The translations under genes were made by a program, and so were the position numbers. A stretch of DNA of 64,000 nucleotides from an uncultured delta proteobacterium (GTDB taxonomy: Bacteria; Myxococcota_A; Polyangia; Polyangiales; Polyangiaceae): contig CAVOKF010000001.1 in the NCBI GenBank assembly GCA_963696385.1, forward strand, positions 4,114-68,113, written 5' to 3'. The notes beneath the pieces were generated by a model. It ran no database searches, was not told the origin of the DNA, and saw nothing but the letters and a program-made list of their open reading frames with translations. Positions 55,340-64,000 of the stretch are shown here, piece by piece. Numbering within the stretch: position 1 is the first letter of the stretch; each line of letters opens with the position of its first letter.

Positions 55340-55492
55340 ATGCTGATGATCATTCTCGTCGTGTGCTTGTTGTTCGCTCTGGGCGCTGGAGGATGGGGGC
55401 ATTCTCGTTGGGGCTATACGGGTTGGTCACCGGCGGGGGTGATCGTGGTCGTGCTGGTGGTTCTGTGGGCCACCGGAAACCTGCACACGTAG
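55340..55492 (+). CDS. DUF3309-like small membrane protein
   Basis: MLMIILVVCLLFALGAGGWGHSRWGYTGWSPAGVIVVVLVVLWATGNL is two TM helices flanking a GWGY motif. Confidence 0.55.
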   Translation: MLMIILVVCLLFALGAGGWGHSRWGYTGWSPAGVIVVVLVVLWATGNLHT

Positions 55493-55601
55493 AGCGCCCG
55501 CACGACTGGAGCGCCCGTACGAAGGCGACCGGGCGACGGGAGCGCCCGTACGACCGCGGCCGGGCGACTGGAGCGTCCGTACGACCGCGGCCGGTCGATG
55601 G
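55492..55601. repeat. 31-bp tandem repeat, about 3.5 units
   Basis: Units start at 55509, 55540 and 55571 (gagcgcccgtacgaccgcggccgggcgactg-like), with a partial unit at 55492-55508. The array begins at the DUF3309 stop codon. Confidence 0.9.
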
Positions 55602-55605
55602 GGGA

Positions 55606-56103
55606 TTAACGGCCGGGGGGCAAGCCGGCTCCTGCGGCTGGCGGACCGGCTATCGTCTTGACGTTGCGTCCGGTTGGCTCGGTTTCTCCCTCGGCGTCGA
55701 AGACGGCGTGCCCACTGGCCGTGGCGTAGGCCAATGCGGGCGGAGCCGGCAATGGTGCGCCTTTTGCATTTTGCCAAAAGCTGGGCGCATAGAAGGGTCT
55801 GCCGTCCGCGGCTCGAACCAGGACCCAGGGCGCATAGCGGGCGCCGGCGGGCGTTCGAACCCAACGCCCGAGAAGCCAGTACCAGCGCCCGCGACGCAGC
55901 ACCCATTCGCCGTTGACCCACGCGTCCGCGCCCGCCGGCCGCGTCGGGATGACTTCGACTCGTCCGGGCGGGGGCCCGAAGGCGACCGCCGTAAGCGCGG
56001 TCGTGGCTTGGGCTGCGTACGGTGGGTGGGGCAGCGACTCGCCGCACGCGCCGCCCGCCACGAGGGGCCAGACGACGAGAAGTCGGGTCACGCTCCGCCA
56101 CAT
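55606..56103 (-). CDS. Hypothetical lipoprotein
   Basis: From the ATG at 56103 the protein reads MWRSVTRLLVVWPLVAGGAC (lipobox). It has a Trp-rich core, WVNGEWVLRRGRWYWLLGRWV. Confidence 0.6.
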   Translation of the reverse strand: MWRSVTRLLVVWPLVAGGACGESLPHPPYAAQATTALTAVAFGPPPGRVEVIPTRPAGADAWVNGEWVLRRGRWYWLLGRWVRTPAGARYAPWVLVRAADGRPFYAPSFWQNAKGAPLPAPPALAYATASGHAVFDAEGETEPTGRNVKTIAGPPAAGAGLPPGR

Positions 56104-56113
56104 GCCGATGGCT

Positions 56114-56140
56114 GAAGTACAAGAAGTACAAGAAGTACAA
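56114..56140. repeat. 3 x 9-bp perfect tandem repeat (gaagtacaa) in a divergent promoter region
   Basis: Read directly at 56114-56122, 56123-56131 and 56132-56140. Confidence 0.9.
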
Positions 56141-56182
56141 GAGGAACTCGGTCGATTGAAACGGTTCTCGTCAGCTCGGAGG

Positions 56183-58423
56183 ATGCCGGCGGTGTGGCTT
56201 CGTGTCGGAGGCCTCTCGGCTCTGCTCGTTTCGGCCGGAGCGTGCAGTCGCATTCCCCAGGGCCGCTCCGCGGTGGACTCCGTCCGCATCTTGAACACCC
56301 ATGAGCTCGACTCGGCAGCGATCGAAGACAAGATCGCCACGCAGGCTTCGACCCGGTTCCTTTTCCTCTTCCAGGGCATCGCTTACGACTATTCGGTCTA
56401 CGACGAGGCGACGCTCCAGCGCGACATGGCTCGTGTGGAGCGGTTCTATCGATCGAAAGGCTTCTTCGACGCGCACGCGCGCGTGGCTCACGTGCGGCAA
56501 GTGAGCCCCAGTCACGTTCGCATCGAAATCCTCGTCGACGAAGGTCCCCCGACGCGGAATCGAAAAATCACCCTCGCCGGAATCGACGCGTTGCCCTCGG
56601 ATGTCGTCGCCGCGGTGCACAAGGCGGCGCATACCGCGCTGGTCGATGGCGCCCGGTTCGACGAGACCCGTTTCAAGGATTCCGAGGACGCCTTGAAGAA
56701 GGCGCTCACCGACCTCGGCTACGCGTACGCGACGGTCGAGGCTCAGGCCGAAGTCGACATCGGGACCCATTGCGCCGACTACGGGTTCAAGATCGTGCCC
56801 GGGCCGATGGCCACATTTGGGCCGATCACGTTCGAGGGTCTGGATCGGCCCGGGGCGCCCAAGGATTCGATTCCGAAGGCGCCTCTGCTGCGAGCCATCG
56901 ACATTGCGCCCGGAGCGACGTACTCGACGGCGCAAATCGGCGAAGCGACCCAGGCGCTTTTGGACTTGGGCGTGTTCGCCTCCGTTCAGATCGTTCCGAC
57001 GCTCGACCGACCGCCGCCGGATCCTCCGAGCGTGCCGCTCACCGTCAAAGTCGAGCCCGCCCGGCTACGGCAAATTACGCTGGGGGGCGGGTTCGAAATC
57101 GACGAGATCAAGACCGAGATCCACGGGATTGCGCGATGGGAAGATCGAAATTTCCTGGGCGGCTTGCGCGACTTCAGTGCGACGTTCCAGCCGGGTGTGG
57201 TCCTGTATCCCTATCGCATCAATTACTTGAAAGGGACGCTGCAGTCGCTGCCCGAAGAGCGGCTGAGAATGGAACTGCGCCAGCCCGGCTTCATCGAGGC
57301 GAGGACGACCGGTTTTGTCCGGCCCGAGTTCAACATCTTCCCGATGCTCGTTGAAGTCGTGTCGACGCCCACGCCCCCGAGCGGTCCCGTGCCCGGCTTC
57401 TTCGAAGTGAAACTGCCGATCGGAGTCGAGCGGACGTTCTGGAAAAGGCTCTACGTCGCCCTCGGCTACACGTTCCAGATCGAGGCTCCCTTTTCGTACG
57501 TCGACAGCCTCGATCCGGGTCTCCGGACGGTCACGTTCTCATTCCCGGAGCTCGATACGCATGTGGATCTTCGCGACAGCGCAACGCACCCCCACGCCGG
57601 GATCTACCTCGGCAATGCGCTTCAGGTTGCCGGCGGCATCTTCGGTGGGACGGCGACCGACGTACGCGTGCAGCCGGAGGTTCGAACGTACCTTCCGATC
57701 GCGCGTGGCGTGACGTTTGCGACGCGGGCTTCGGTGGGCTTTCTCTGGTCGTCGAACTACGGCAAAGGGTGGAATAGCGAGCTCGAGAACTCGGCGACAA
57801 CCGTGGCGAACAGTATCTCCGTGCCGCCGCCGACCGCGACGCAGGAAGCGGCGCGGGCGACGCTCGAGCACGACGTGGAGACGATGTACTTTCGCGGTTT
57901 CTTTTCGGGCGGCCCGACGACCAACCGCGGCTTTCCCCTGCTCGGCGTCAGCCCCCACGGCGTCATCCCGTTTCTCAATCCGGGGACGGCCTCGCAACAA
58001 GTCAGTTCCAACTGCAACACCAACGCGCACATGACGCAAACGCCCCAGCAATACGCTGCGACGTTGGAAGAGAATTGCTTTTTGCCCGTCGGCGGCTTCA
58101 CGCTGTGGGAATTTCAAAACGAATTGCGCGCCGAGATCGCGGGGCCGCTTTCGGGTGCCGTGTTCTGCGACATGGGCGATGTGTCGCCTCAGGAAGGCGA
58201 TATCCGTCTCGGTCACCTCCACCTTTCGTGCGGCATCGGCGCCGCCTACGACACGCCGGTCGGTCCCATTCGGCTCGACCTCGGTTACCGCGTGCAGCCG
58301 TTGCAAGTGCTGGGGTTCAGAAGCGAAACGGCCGCATCGACCGCCGATCCGGTCAACGGCGCCCCGCCCACGATTTTCAAGATCCCGGTCGCGCTGGCTG
58401 TCGGCATCGGGCAAGCCTTCTAG
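56183..58423 (+). CDS. tamA: Omp85-family outer-membrane protein (TamA/BamA-like; POTRA domains plus beta-barrel)
   Basis: Signal/lipobox-like N-terminus, POTRA-like repeats (RFYRSKGFFDAHARV), and a C-terminal barrel ending in IGQAF. The gene is directly coupled to a TamB-like gene. Confidence 0.8.
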   Translation: MPAVWLRVGGLSALLVSAGACSRIPQGRSAVDSVRILNTHELDSAAIEDKIATQASTRFLFLFQGIAYDYSVYDEATLQRDMARVERFYRSKGFFDAHARVAHVRQVSPSHVRIEILVDEGPPTRNRKITLAGIDALPSDVVAAVHKAAHTALVDGARFDETRFKDSEDALKKALTDLGYAYATVEAQAEVDIGTHCADYGFKIVPGPMATFGPITFEGLDRPGAPKDSIPKAPLLRAIDIAPGATYSTAQIGEATQALLDLGVFASVQIVPTLDRPPPDPPSVPLTVKVEPARLRQITLGGGFEIDEIKTEIHGIARWEDRNFLGGLRDFSATFQPGVVLYPYRINYLKGTLQSLPEERLRMELRQPGFIEARTTGFVRPEFNIFPMLVEVVSTPTPPSGPVPGFFEVKLPIGVERTFWKRLYVALGYTFQIEAPFSYVDSLDPGLRTVTFSFPELDTHVDLRDSATHPHAGIYLGNALQVAGGIFGGTATDVRVQPEVRTYLPIARGVTFATRASVGFLWSSNYGKGWNSELENSATTVANSISVPPPTATQEAARATLEHDVETMYFRGFFSGGPTTNRGFPLLGVSPHGVIPFLNPGTASQQVSSNCNTNAHMTQTPQQYAATLEENCFLPVGGFTLWEFQNELRAEIAGPLSGAVFCDMGDVSPQEGDIRLGHLHLSCGIGAAYDTPVGPIRLDLGYRVQPLQVLGFRSETAASTADPVNGAPPTIFKIPVALAVGIGQAF

Positions 58424-61400
58424 TGGCCGAGCATCCGACGCCGGGGCCCTTGGCAGGGGCTGAGCTCCACGATCGATCCGATCGGCGCGCCGCCGAACCG
58501 CGCAGGCCGACCCGCATCCTGCCGCTCGTCGCTCGGGCGACGGGGGTCGTGCTGACCTTCGTCGTCAGCGCCGTCCTCGGCGCGATCGTTCATCTGGACA
58601 CCCCGCGCGTTCGCGTGTGGTCCGCGGAGTTGGTCAACGGGATCTTGGCGCCTCTGTTTCAGGGACAGATTCACATCGACCGCATCGGCGCGCTCGGGCC
58701 GTTCGGCGTATCGGACGCGGACGTCACGATCGACGACGCGACCGGACGCCCCGTCATCGTCGCTCGGGGCGTTCGATCGAGCATCCGAACGCTCGCGCTC
58801 GTCCGTTCGGCGCTGCTCGCGCGGGGGGCGCCGCTCACGATCGATCTGTTCGACGTGTCGATCGACCAGGGCGACGTGCGGCTGGACACCGACGCCCAAG
58901 GTCGGCTCGACCTCGTCGGCACCTTCGATCCGAGGACGCCGAGCGCGTCCTCGAGTGCGAAGGATCGCGGGGTGCGGTTGGCCATTCGCGGCATCGCGGT
59001 GGGACACGTCCGCGTGCACGGTCGGATCGCCGGCGCCCCGGCGATCGATGTCGATCTGAACGACATCGCGGGCGCGTTCGCGTACTCGCCCGACGCGATC
59101 GAGGGCGACGTCGTCCGGGCGTCGATCTTCGCTCATCGGATCGCGAACGGCGCGGATGTCGTCGGGTCGCTCCGAGGGCACGTCCGAGGGCCCTTCGATC
59201 CGAAGGCGAAGATCGCCGGGCACATCGACTGGCAAGGGATCGTCGGAGGGATCGCCCATTCGGTCCAACTCACGATCGACCGCGACCGGGTCGATGGGAC
59301 GGCCGACGCCCCTCGCATCGATCCGGTCGCCCTGCGGTCGCTCGGGATCGACTTGCCGATCCATCGACCGGCCGCGCTTCGCGTCGAAGCGCGCGGCACG
59401 CTGCCCGATCTGCACTTCGATGCGAATGCCGCGTTGGGCGATGCCGGCTTGCATGCGGCCGGTTTGCTGTCCCTGGGCGCCGACCGGCACGCCCGCGTCT
59501 CGTTCGAATCGCACGGCGTCGACATCCGCGAGCTCCTCGGGTCCGGCCCCGCTTCGCGCCTCGGCGTCAACGGCGACGTGGCGGCCGCGATCCAGGCGGA
59601 CGGCGCCGTCACCGCGGATGCGACCCTGCGCCTCGGCGGCACCGTCGGATCCTACGAAATCCCGGCGGCATCGATCCGCGCCACGGTCGGGCGTTCGCAC
59701 ACGAGTCCGCTGACCGGGCGCGCCGACGTCGTGATCGACGAGCCTTCCGCACCGACGCGCCTTTACGTGACCGTCGGGCCCAAGAGCCTGTCCACCCTCG
59801 ACTTTGCCCTGACGTCGGATGCCGTCGATCTCGATCGGATTCCCCAAATCCACCGCGCGGCGCAAGGCCGAGCGCACCTTCAGGTCGACGGCAGTCTGGA
59901 TCTCGGCCGCATGACCGTCGACGCGCGGGTGCAGGCTCGCGCCGCCCAACTCGCCCGGGGATCCACCCGCGCCGACCGCATCTCGCTCGAAGCTCGAGTG
60001 CACGGCTTCGTGGCCGATCCCGACTTCGAAGTCACGTTGCACGGTGAAGGCCTCGTCGTCGGGGGGGAGCGCCTCACCGTGGGCGACGTCCGCGCCGTCG
60101 GTCGACCGACGGCTTGCCACGTCGTCGCCTCCGCGCACGGGCCGAACGTTGGGGAGGCGGATGCCCGCTTCGATGCGGAGGTCGACGGCGGGCTCTCGCT
60201 CACGGCGATGCACGCGGCACTCGCTCGATCGGGCGAACGGGCCGTCGTCACCGCGAACCGCGTTCGGGTGGACGCCGAGGGCATCCGCGTCGAGCAGGCG
60301 CGGATTCAAGGACTCGGCGCCCCGGTGACCGCCACGTTTGCGCTGTCGCGAGCCACTCTGCGCCTGCACGCGTCGACGGTCGGAATCGATCTCGCGCGCG
60401 CCGGTCGGCTGGCGCATGTCGATAGCGTGCTCGAGGCCGGAACTCTCGCCTTCGATGCGGACATGGACGTGCGCCGAAGCGGCGGGGCCCGCGGCCGCGC
60501 CACCGTCACGCTGAGCGGGGCCTCGCTCGGAGGCGTTCGGAATGTCGGCGCCGCGCTGGAGGTCCAGATCGCAGGGCGCACGATCGCCGGCAAGGCCCAC
60601 GCCGAAGTTCCCGGCGTCGGGTCCCTCGGGATCGATGTGCCCAAGCTCGACATCGCCGGCACGGCGCCGCTTTCGATCGCTTCGTGGAGGCAGGCGTACG
60701 GATCCGTCGGCATCGACGCGCACGTCGATCTGGCCAAGGCGGCCTCGATCCTTCCCGCGGAGACCGCGTGGCTCGGCCAAGCTCGTGGAGACGTCGTGCT
60801 CCGGGCGCACGGGCGGCGCGATCCGGCGTCGACGCCCGAGATCGGCATCTCGGTCGCGACGCACGACCTGGCTTACGCGCCCAGGACGCCGACATCTCGT
60901 CAGATCGACGGGGTCCTGGTGATCGAACCGCCGCCTTGGCACCTCGATGGCGTCGACTTCGACGTCGACGGCACCGTCGACGCCCAGACCGGCAGGGTCG
61001 ACTTCGTGACCCGCATCCACGATCACGATGGGAATCTCGCCGAGGTGCATGCCTCTTCGCCGAACTTTCCGGTCGAGGATCTCATCGAGCAACCGGATCG
61101 CCTCGCATCCGATCTCCGACAAACGGCGTTCGACGTGCATGTCGACGTGCCGGAGCGAGAGCTGGGCGACCTACCGGACCTCTTGAAGCAGGACTTCGTC
61201 GACGGCACGCTCAAGGCCGATCTCCGTCTCAAGGGCACAGTGCTCGACCCCGAAGTCGTCCTCGCCGCGACGCTAAGGAACTCTCACTTCTCGAGCGAAC
61301 AAGCATCCGCGACTCCGATCGATTTCGACATCGCGGCGCACTACGACGGCCGTCACGGCACCGCGTCGGTGAAGGCCCGCGCCGACGGGCGGCCGATGCT

Positions 61401-63189
61401 CGACTTCGAGGGGCAGGGCGATTCCGCCGTGGGGTCGTGGCTCGATAGGACGGGCTCGCCGGCATGGAAGGCCTCGGCTCGAGCCCACTTCTCCGACTTC
61501 CCGCTCGAGACGATCCCCGCCCTCGACGACAAGCTCGTCTCCGGTCGAGTGAGCGGCGACTGCTCTGTCGTCAACCTCCACGACGACGCCCGTTTGGAGG
61601 GAACCCTCGATGTCGAAGCACTGCGGATCGGCAGTTACCGGTATCGCTCCGCCCAGATCAAGCTGGGTGCCGACGGTCACGATGTCGACGCGGACGCTCG
61701 CATCGACCAAACCGACGGCTTTGCTCAGGTCAAGGCCCGTGCGGCGATGGCTTGGGGGTCCAGACCGATCCCGACGCTGGATCCCGGCCGGCCACTCGAC
61801 GTCGACCTGACGACCAAGAATTTCCGCATTGGCGTGCTGCAGGTCTTTCTGGGCGGCACGTTCGACGAACTCGACGGACGGCTGGACGGGGAAACGCACA
61901 TCGAGCTCGACCCGAAAACGAGAGGCGCGAAGCTCTCGGGCAACCTGGCGTTGAGCCGTGGCGCGATCGAAGCCTCCGCGGGCGGTGGCGAGTTCCACGA
62001 CATCGCCGCCCAAATTCGCTTCTCGCCGGACGGGACGGTGGCTCTTCAGTCGCTCACGGCCTCGGGCGTGACGGGACGGCTGCAAGCGACCGGGTCGGCG
62101 CAGCTGGACGGCACGCGCCTCCGGTCGGCCAAGGCGGTCATCGAGATCCCCCACGGTTCGGGGGTCCCGATCAGCGCGGCCGGCGCCGAAGTGGGGACGA
62201 TCGACGGGCGGATCGAGGTCTCGGCGGTGACGTCGGATGAGGGACGCACGACGGGCGTCCGCGTGACGGTGCCCCATTTGCGGGTCGTATTGCCGGACGC
62301 AGCGACGAACGACGCGATCGCACTCGAACCGATGCCTCGTGTTCGCATCGGCGTGCATCGAGGGCAGCCCGACACGTTCGTTCTCGTTCCGATCGATCCC
62401 GTGCAGCCCGCCGCGGGATCGTCGCGGGCCCGGGCGCGTCTGAACATCGCCGCGAAGCTCGTCGACGTTCAGGTGGTCCGCGGCACCGACATCCGAGTCG
62501 ACCTCGACGGCAGCCTGACGATCGAAGCCGGAGCGACCACCGACGTCACCGGACAGATCCATTTGAAGAGCGGCGGTCAGATCGCATTTCAGGGCAAGAA
62601 TTTCACGGTCGAAAGCGGGACGGTGACGATGGTCGGGCCGGATCCATCGAACCCGCAAGTCCTCCTCAAGGCCGGTTGGACGGCCCCGGACGGCACGATC
62701 GTGTACGCGAACTTCATCGGTCCGCTCAAGACCGGAAAGGTCACGCTCACCTCCGAGCCGCAGCTGCCGCAAGAGCAAATCGTCGAGCTCTTGGTCTTTG
62801 GGTCGGCGATCGGGCAGCAGGAGCAAGCGTCCTCGTCCTCGTCCTCGACCTCGACCTCGACCTCGGCCGCGACGACCGCGGTCGGGCCGGTCGGGGGTCA
62901 AGCCGCACAACCCTTGAACCACATACTGAATCAGTTCGGTCTCGGCGCCGTGACGACGACGGTCGACACGACCCAATCGGCGAACCCGAAACCCGAGGTG
63001 GCCGTCCGCATCGCACGCGACATCACGGTGCAGATCGCCTACGTGCTCGGAGTGCTTCCGTACGGCGTGAACCCGGATACGACGCTCGTGACCGTCGACT
63101 GGCGCTTCGTGACCCACTGGTCTCTCGCATCGACGGTCGGCAATGCGGGGTCGGCGATCTTCGACCTCTTGTGGAAGGCGAGCTACTGA
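58423..63189 (+). CDS. tamB: Translocation and assembly module protein TamB-like (DUF490 C-terminus)
   Basis: A GTG at 58423 overlaps the tamA stop by 1 nt. The protein has an N-terminal TM anchor (VVLTFVVSAVLGAIV) and about 1,588 aa of beta-rich repeats. The C-terminus is PQVLLKAGWTAPDGTIVYANFIGPLKTGKVTLTSEPQLPQEQIVELLVFG. Confidence 0.8.
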   Translation: MAEHPTPGPLAGAELHDRSDRRAAEPRRPTRILPLVARATGVVLTFVVSAVLGAIVHLDTPRVRVWSAELVNGILAPLFQGQIHIDRIGALGPFGVSDADVTIDDATGRPVIVARGVRSSIRTLALVRSALLARGAPLTIDLFDVSIDQGDVRLDTDAQGRLDLVGTFDPRTPSASSSAKDRGVRLAIRGIAVGHVRVHGRIAGAPAIDVDLNDIAGAFAYSPDAIEGDVVRASIFAHRIANGADVVGSLRGHVRGPFDPKAKIAGHIDWQGIVGGIAHSVQLTIDRDRVDGTADAPRIDPVALRSLGIDLPIHRPAALRVEARGTLPDLHFDANAALGDAGLHAAGLLSLGADRHARVSFESHGVDIRELLGSGPASRLGVNGDVAAAIQADGAVTADATLRLGGTVGSYEIPAASIRATVGRSHTSPLTGRADVVIDEPSAPTRLYVTVGPKSLSTLDFALTSDAVDLDRIPQIHRAAQGRAHLQVDGSLDLGRMTVDARVQARAAQLARGSTRADRISLEARVHGFVADPDFEVTLHGEGLVVGGERLTVGDVRAVGRPTACHVVASAHGPNVGEADARFDAEVDGGLSLTAMHAALARSGERAVVTANRVRVDAEGIRVEQARIQGLGAPVTATFALSRATLRLHASTVGIDLARAGRLAHVDSVLEAGTLAFDADMDVRRSGGARGRATVTLSGASLGGVRNVGAALEVQIAGRTIAGKAHAEVPGVGSLGIDVPKLDIAGTAPLSIASWRQAYGSVGIDAHVDLAKAASILPAETAWLGQARGDVVLRAHGRRDPASTPEIGISVATHDLAYAPRTPTSRQIDGVLVIEPPPWHLDGVDFDVDGTVDAQTGRVDFVTRIHDHDGNLAEVHASSPNFPVEDLIEQPDRLASDLRQTAFDVHVDVPERELGDLPDLLKQDFVDGTLKADLRLKGTVLDPEVVLAATLRNSHFSSEQASATPIDFDIAAHYDGRHGTASVKARADGRPMLDFEGQGDSAVGSWLDRTGSPAWKASARAHFSDFPLETIPALDDKLVSGRVSGDCSVVNLHDDARLEGTLDVEALRIGSYRYRSAQIKLGADGHDVDADARIDQTDGFAQVKARAAMAWGSRPIPTLDPGRPLDVDLTTKNFRIGVLQVFLGGTFDELDGRLDGETHIELDPKTRGAKLSGNLALSRGAIEASAGGGEFHDIAAQIRFSPDGTVALQSLTASGVTGRLQATGSAQLDGTRLRSAKAVIEIPHGSGVPISAAGAEVGTIDGRIEVSAVTSDEGRTTGVRVTVPHLRVVLPDAATNDAIALEPMPRVRIGVHRGQPDTFVLVPIDPVQPAAGSSRARARLNIAAKLVDVQVVRGTDIRVDLDGSLTIEAGATTDVTGQIHLKSGGQIAFQGKNFTVESGTVTMVGPDPSNPQVLLKAGWTAPDGTIVYANFIGPLKTGKVTLTSEPQLPQEQIVELLVFGSAIGQQEQASSSSSSTSTSTSAATTAVGPVGGQAAQPLNHILNQFGLGAVTTTVDTTQSANPKPEVAVRIARDITVQIAYVLGVLPYGVNPDTTLVTVDWRFVTHWSLASTVGNAGSAIFDLLWKASY

Positions 63190-63214
63190 CCCCGCGGTCC
63201 ACGCGAGAGTGGGA

Positions 63215-64000
63215 TCACGCTCGGGAGCCGGTGAGCGCCTCGAAGCCGGAGATCACGTCGAACAGTTCCTCGTCGATGCCGCTCTGGCGCAGCCGGTGAA
63301 ACGCGCCTTGCAAATGCTCGATCAACTCGTCGATGTTCTTGTCGGCTCGCTGCATCGCCGCCAGGCGGCTCGCGTTCTCGCTCGCAAGCGACTCGGCGCA
63401 GGCCCGGAAGAGCGAGATGAAAATATGCTCGCGAACCAGCGCGAGCAGCGTTGCGCCGCCGTGACCCAAGACCTCCGGCAGGGGGCCCTTCGGCCAGCGC
63501 ATGCCGACGAGCTTGTTGCGCCACTCTTCGTCGAGCGGGAGCAGTCGTTGACCGACCGGCTCGTAGGCCGATCCGGCCGCGGGGCGGTTGTGGAACAGGT
63601 GCAGTTCGGTGACCTCACCCTTGCTGTGGCGAGTCTCGGTCTGAACGAGAATTTGCTGTACCAGAGGAGTGATGGCGGCGACACCGGTCGGCACGGTCAA
63701 AGGATCCATCAGCGGCAGGCCCGCGTCCGAAAAGCGCGCGCGAACGCGCGAACCGACGGCCCAAACCAGCGCCATTCCCGGAAGCGCTCGGATGGCCTGG
63801 ATCGCATAATCCGCCACCACGTCATTGAACTGGCCGACGAGCCCCTGGTCCGAACCGAATACGACGGCACCGGTCACACCCCGATCGGTCCGTCCTTTCC
63901 CCTGCCGGGCCCGAGCCGCCGGTTCGGTGTTGCGAAAGCACGCGCCGAGACCAAGCTCCACGGTCCAGTAGTAGTCGGCAAGTGCCCGCACCGACTCCCT
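63215..64000 (-). CDS. atpG: F-type ATP synthase gamma subunit; the N-terminus lies beyond the window end
   Basis: The C-terminus SLASENASRLAAMQRADKNIDELIEHLQGAFHRLRQSGIDEELFDVISGFEAL is the canonical gamma-subunit motif. Confidence 0.85.
   Translation of the reverse strand, partial: RESVRALADYYWTVELGLGACFRNTEPAARARQGKGRTDRGVTGAVVFGSDQGLVGQFNDVVADYAIQAIRALPGMALVWAVGSRVRARFSDAGLPLMDPLTVPTGVAAITPLVQQILVQTETRHSKGEVTELHLFHNRPAAGSAYEPVGQRLLPLDEEWRNKLVGMRWPKGPLPEVLGHGGATLLALVREHIFISLFRACAESLASENASRLAAMQRADKNIDELIEHLQGAFHRLRQSGIDEELFDVISGFEALTGSRA

Noticed and set aside
51800-55402. The 1200-aa ORF in the track taken as a single giant protein.
   Set aside because: Only the C-terminal 574 aa (from the ATG at 53524, with a signal peptide) looks like protein. 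The upstream part is the out-of-frame reading of the kinase gene (53521..55134).

Overview
This is a high-G+C bacterial chromosomal segment: I counted 67/100 G+C at 45001-45100. The gene content looks myxobacterial (Polyangiales/Sorangiineae-like). That placement is an inference from the Ser/Thr kinases with PEGA-like partners, the thrombospondin-repeat OmpA protein, the bactofilin, the GH5 cellulase and many secreted lipoproteins. I recognised no rRNA, tRNA or CRISPR array.

The window has three parts:
1. About 1-7.1 kb is dominated by reading frames broken by frameshifts. These are an M50/CBS protease, a GT4 glycosyltransferase, two Kdo/WaaP-type LPS kinases, a VapC remnant and a CBM-like lipoprotein.
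2. About 7.4-37.4 kb and 45-64 kb hold mostly intact housekeeping and envelope genes:
- GH5 cellulase
- a Pro-rich/HhH, pentapeptide-repeat and bactofilin operon
- a kinase-PstS-OmpA fusion
- trmFO
- two acyl-CoA dehydrogenases
- TSP3-OmpA
- a type III PKS cluster with a di-heme lipoprotein and a PLC-like phosphoesterase
- cspA, an ABC-F ATPase and an SMP-30 lactonase
- a pyruvate-kinase-like protein and a VIT transporter
- a kinase/PEGA/beta-propeller operon
- tamA-tamB and the 3' end of atpG
3. About 37.4-45.0 kb is an accessory region. A low-G+C island (45/100 G+C at 40081-40180) is bounded by 67-bp inverted repeats and embedded in three copies of a hairpin-rich REP/MITE-like repeat. It carries toxin-antitoxin-like modules, a decayed SWIM/DDE transposase and several uncharacterised genes.

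The island and its unknown cassettes are my best candidate for something undescribed. All functional calls rest on my reading of motifs in the supplied translations, not on database searches.
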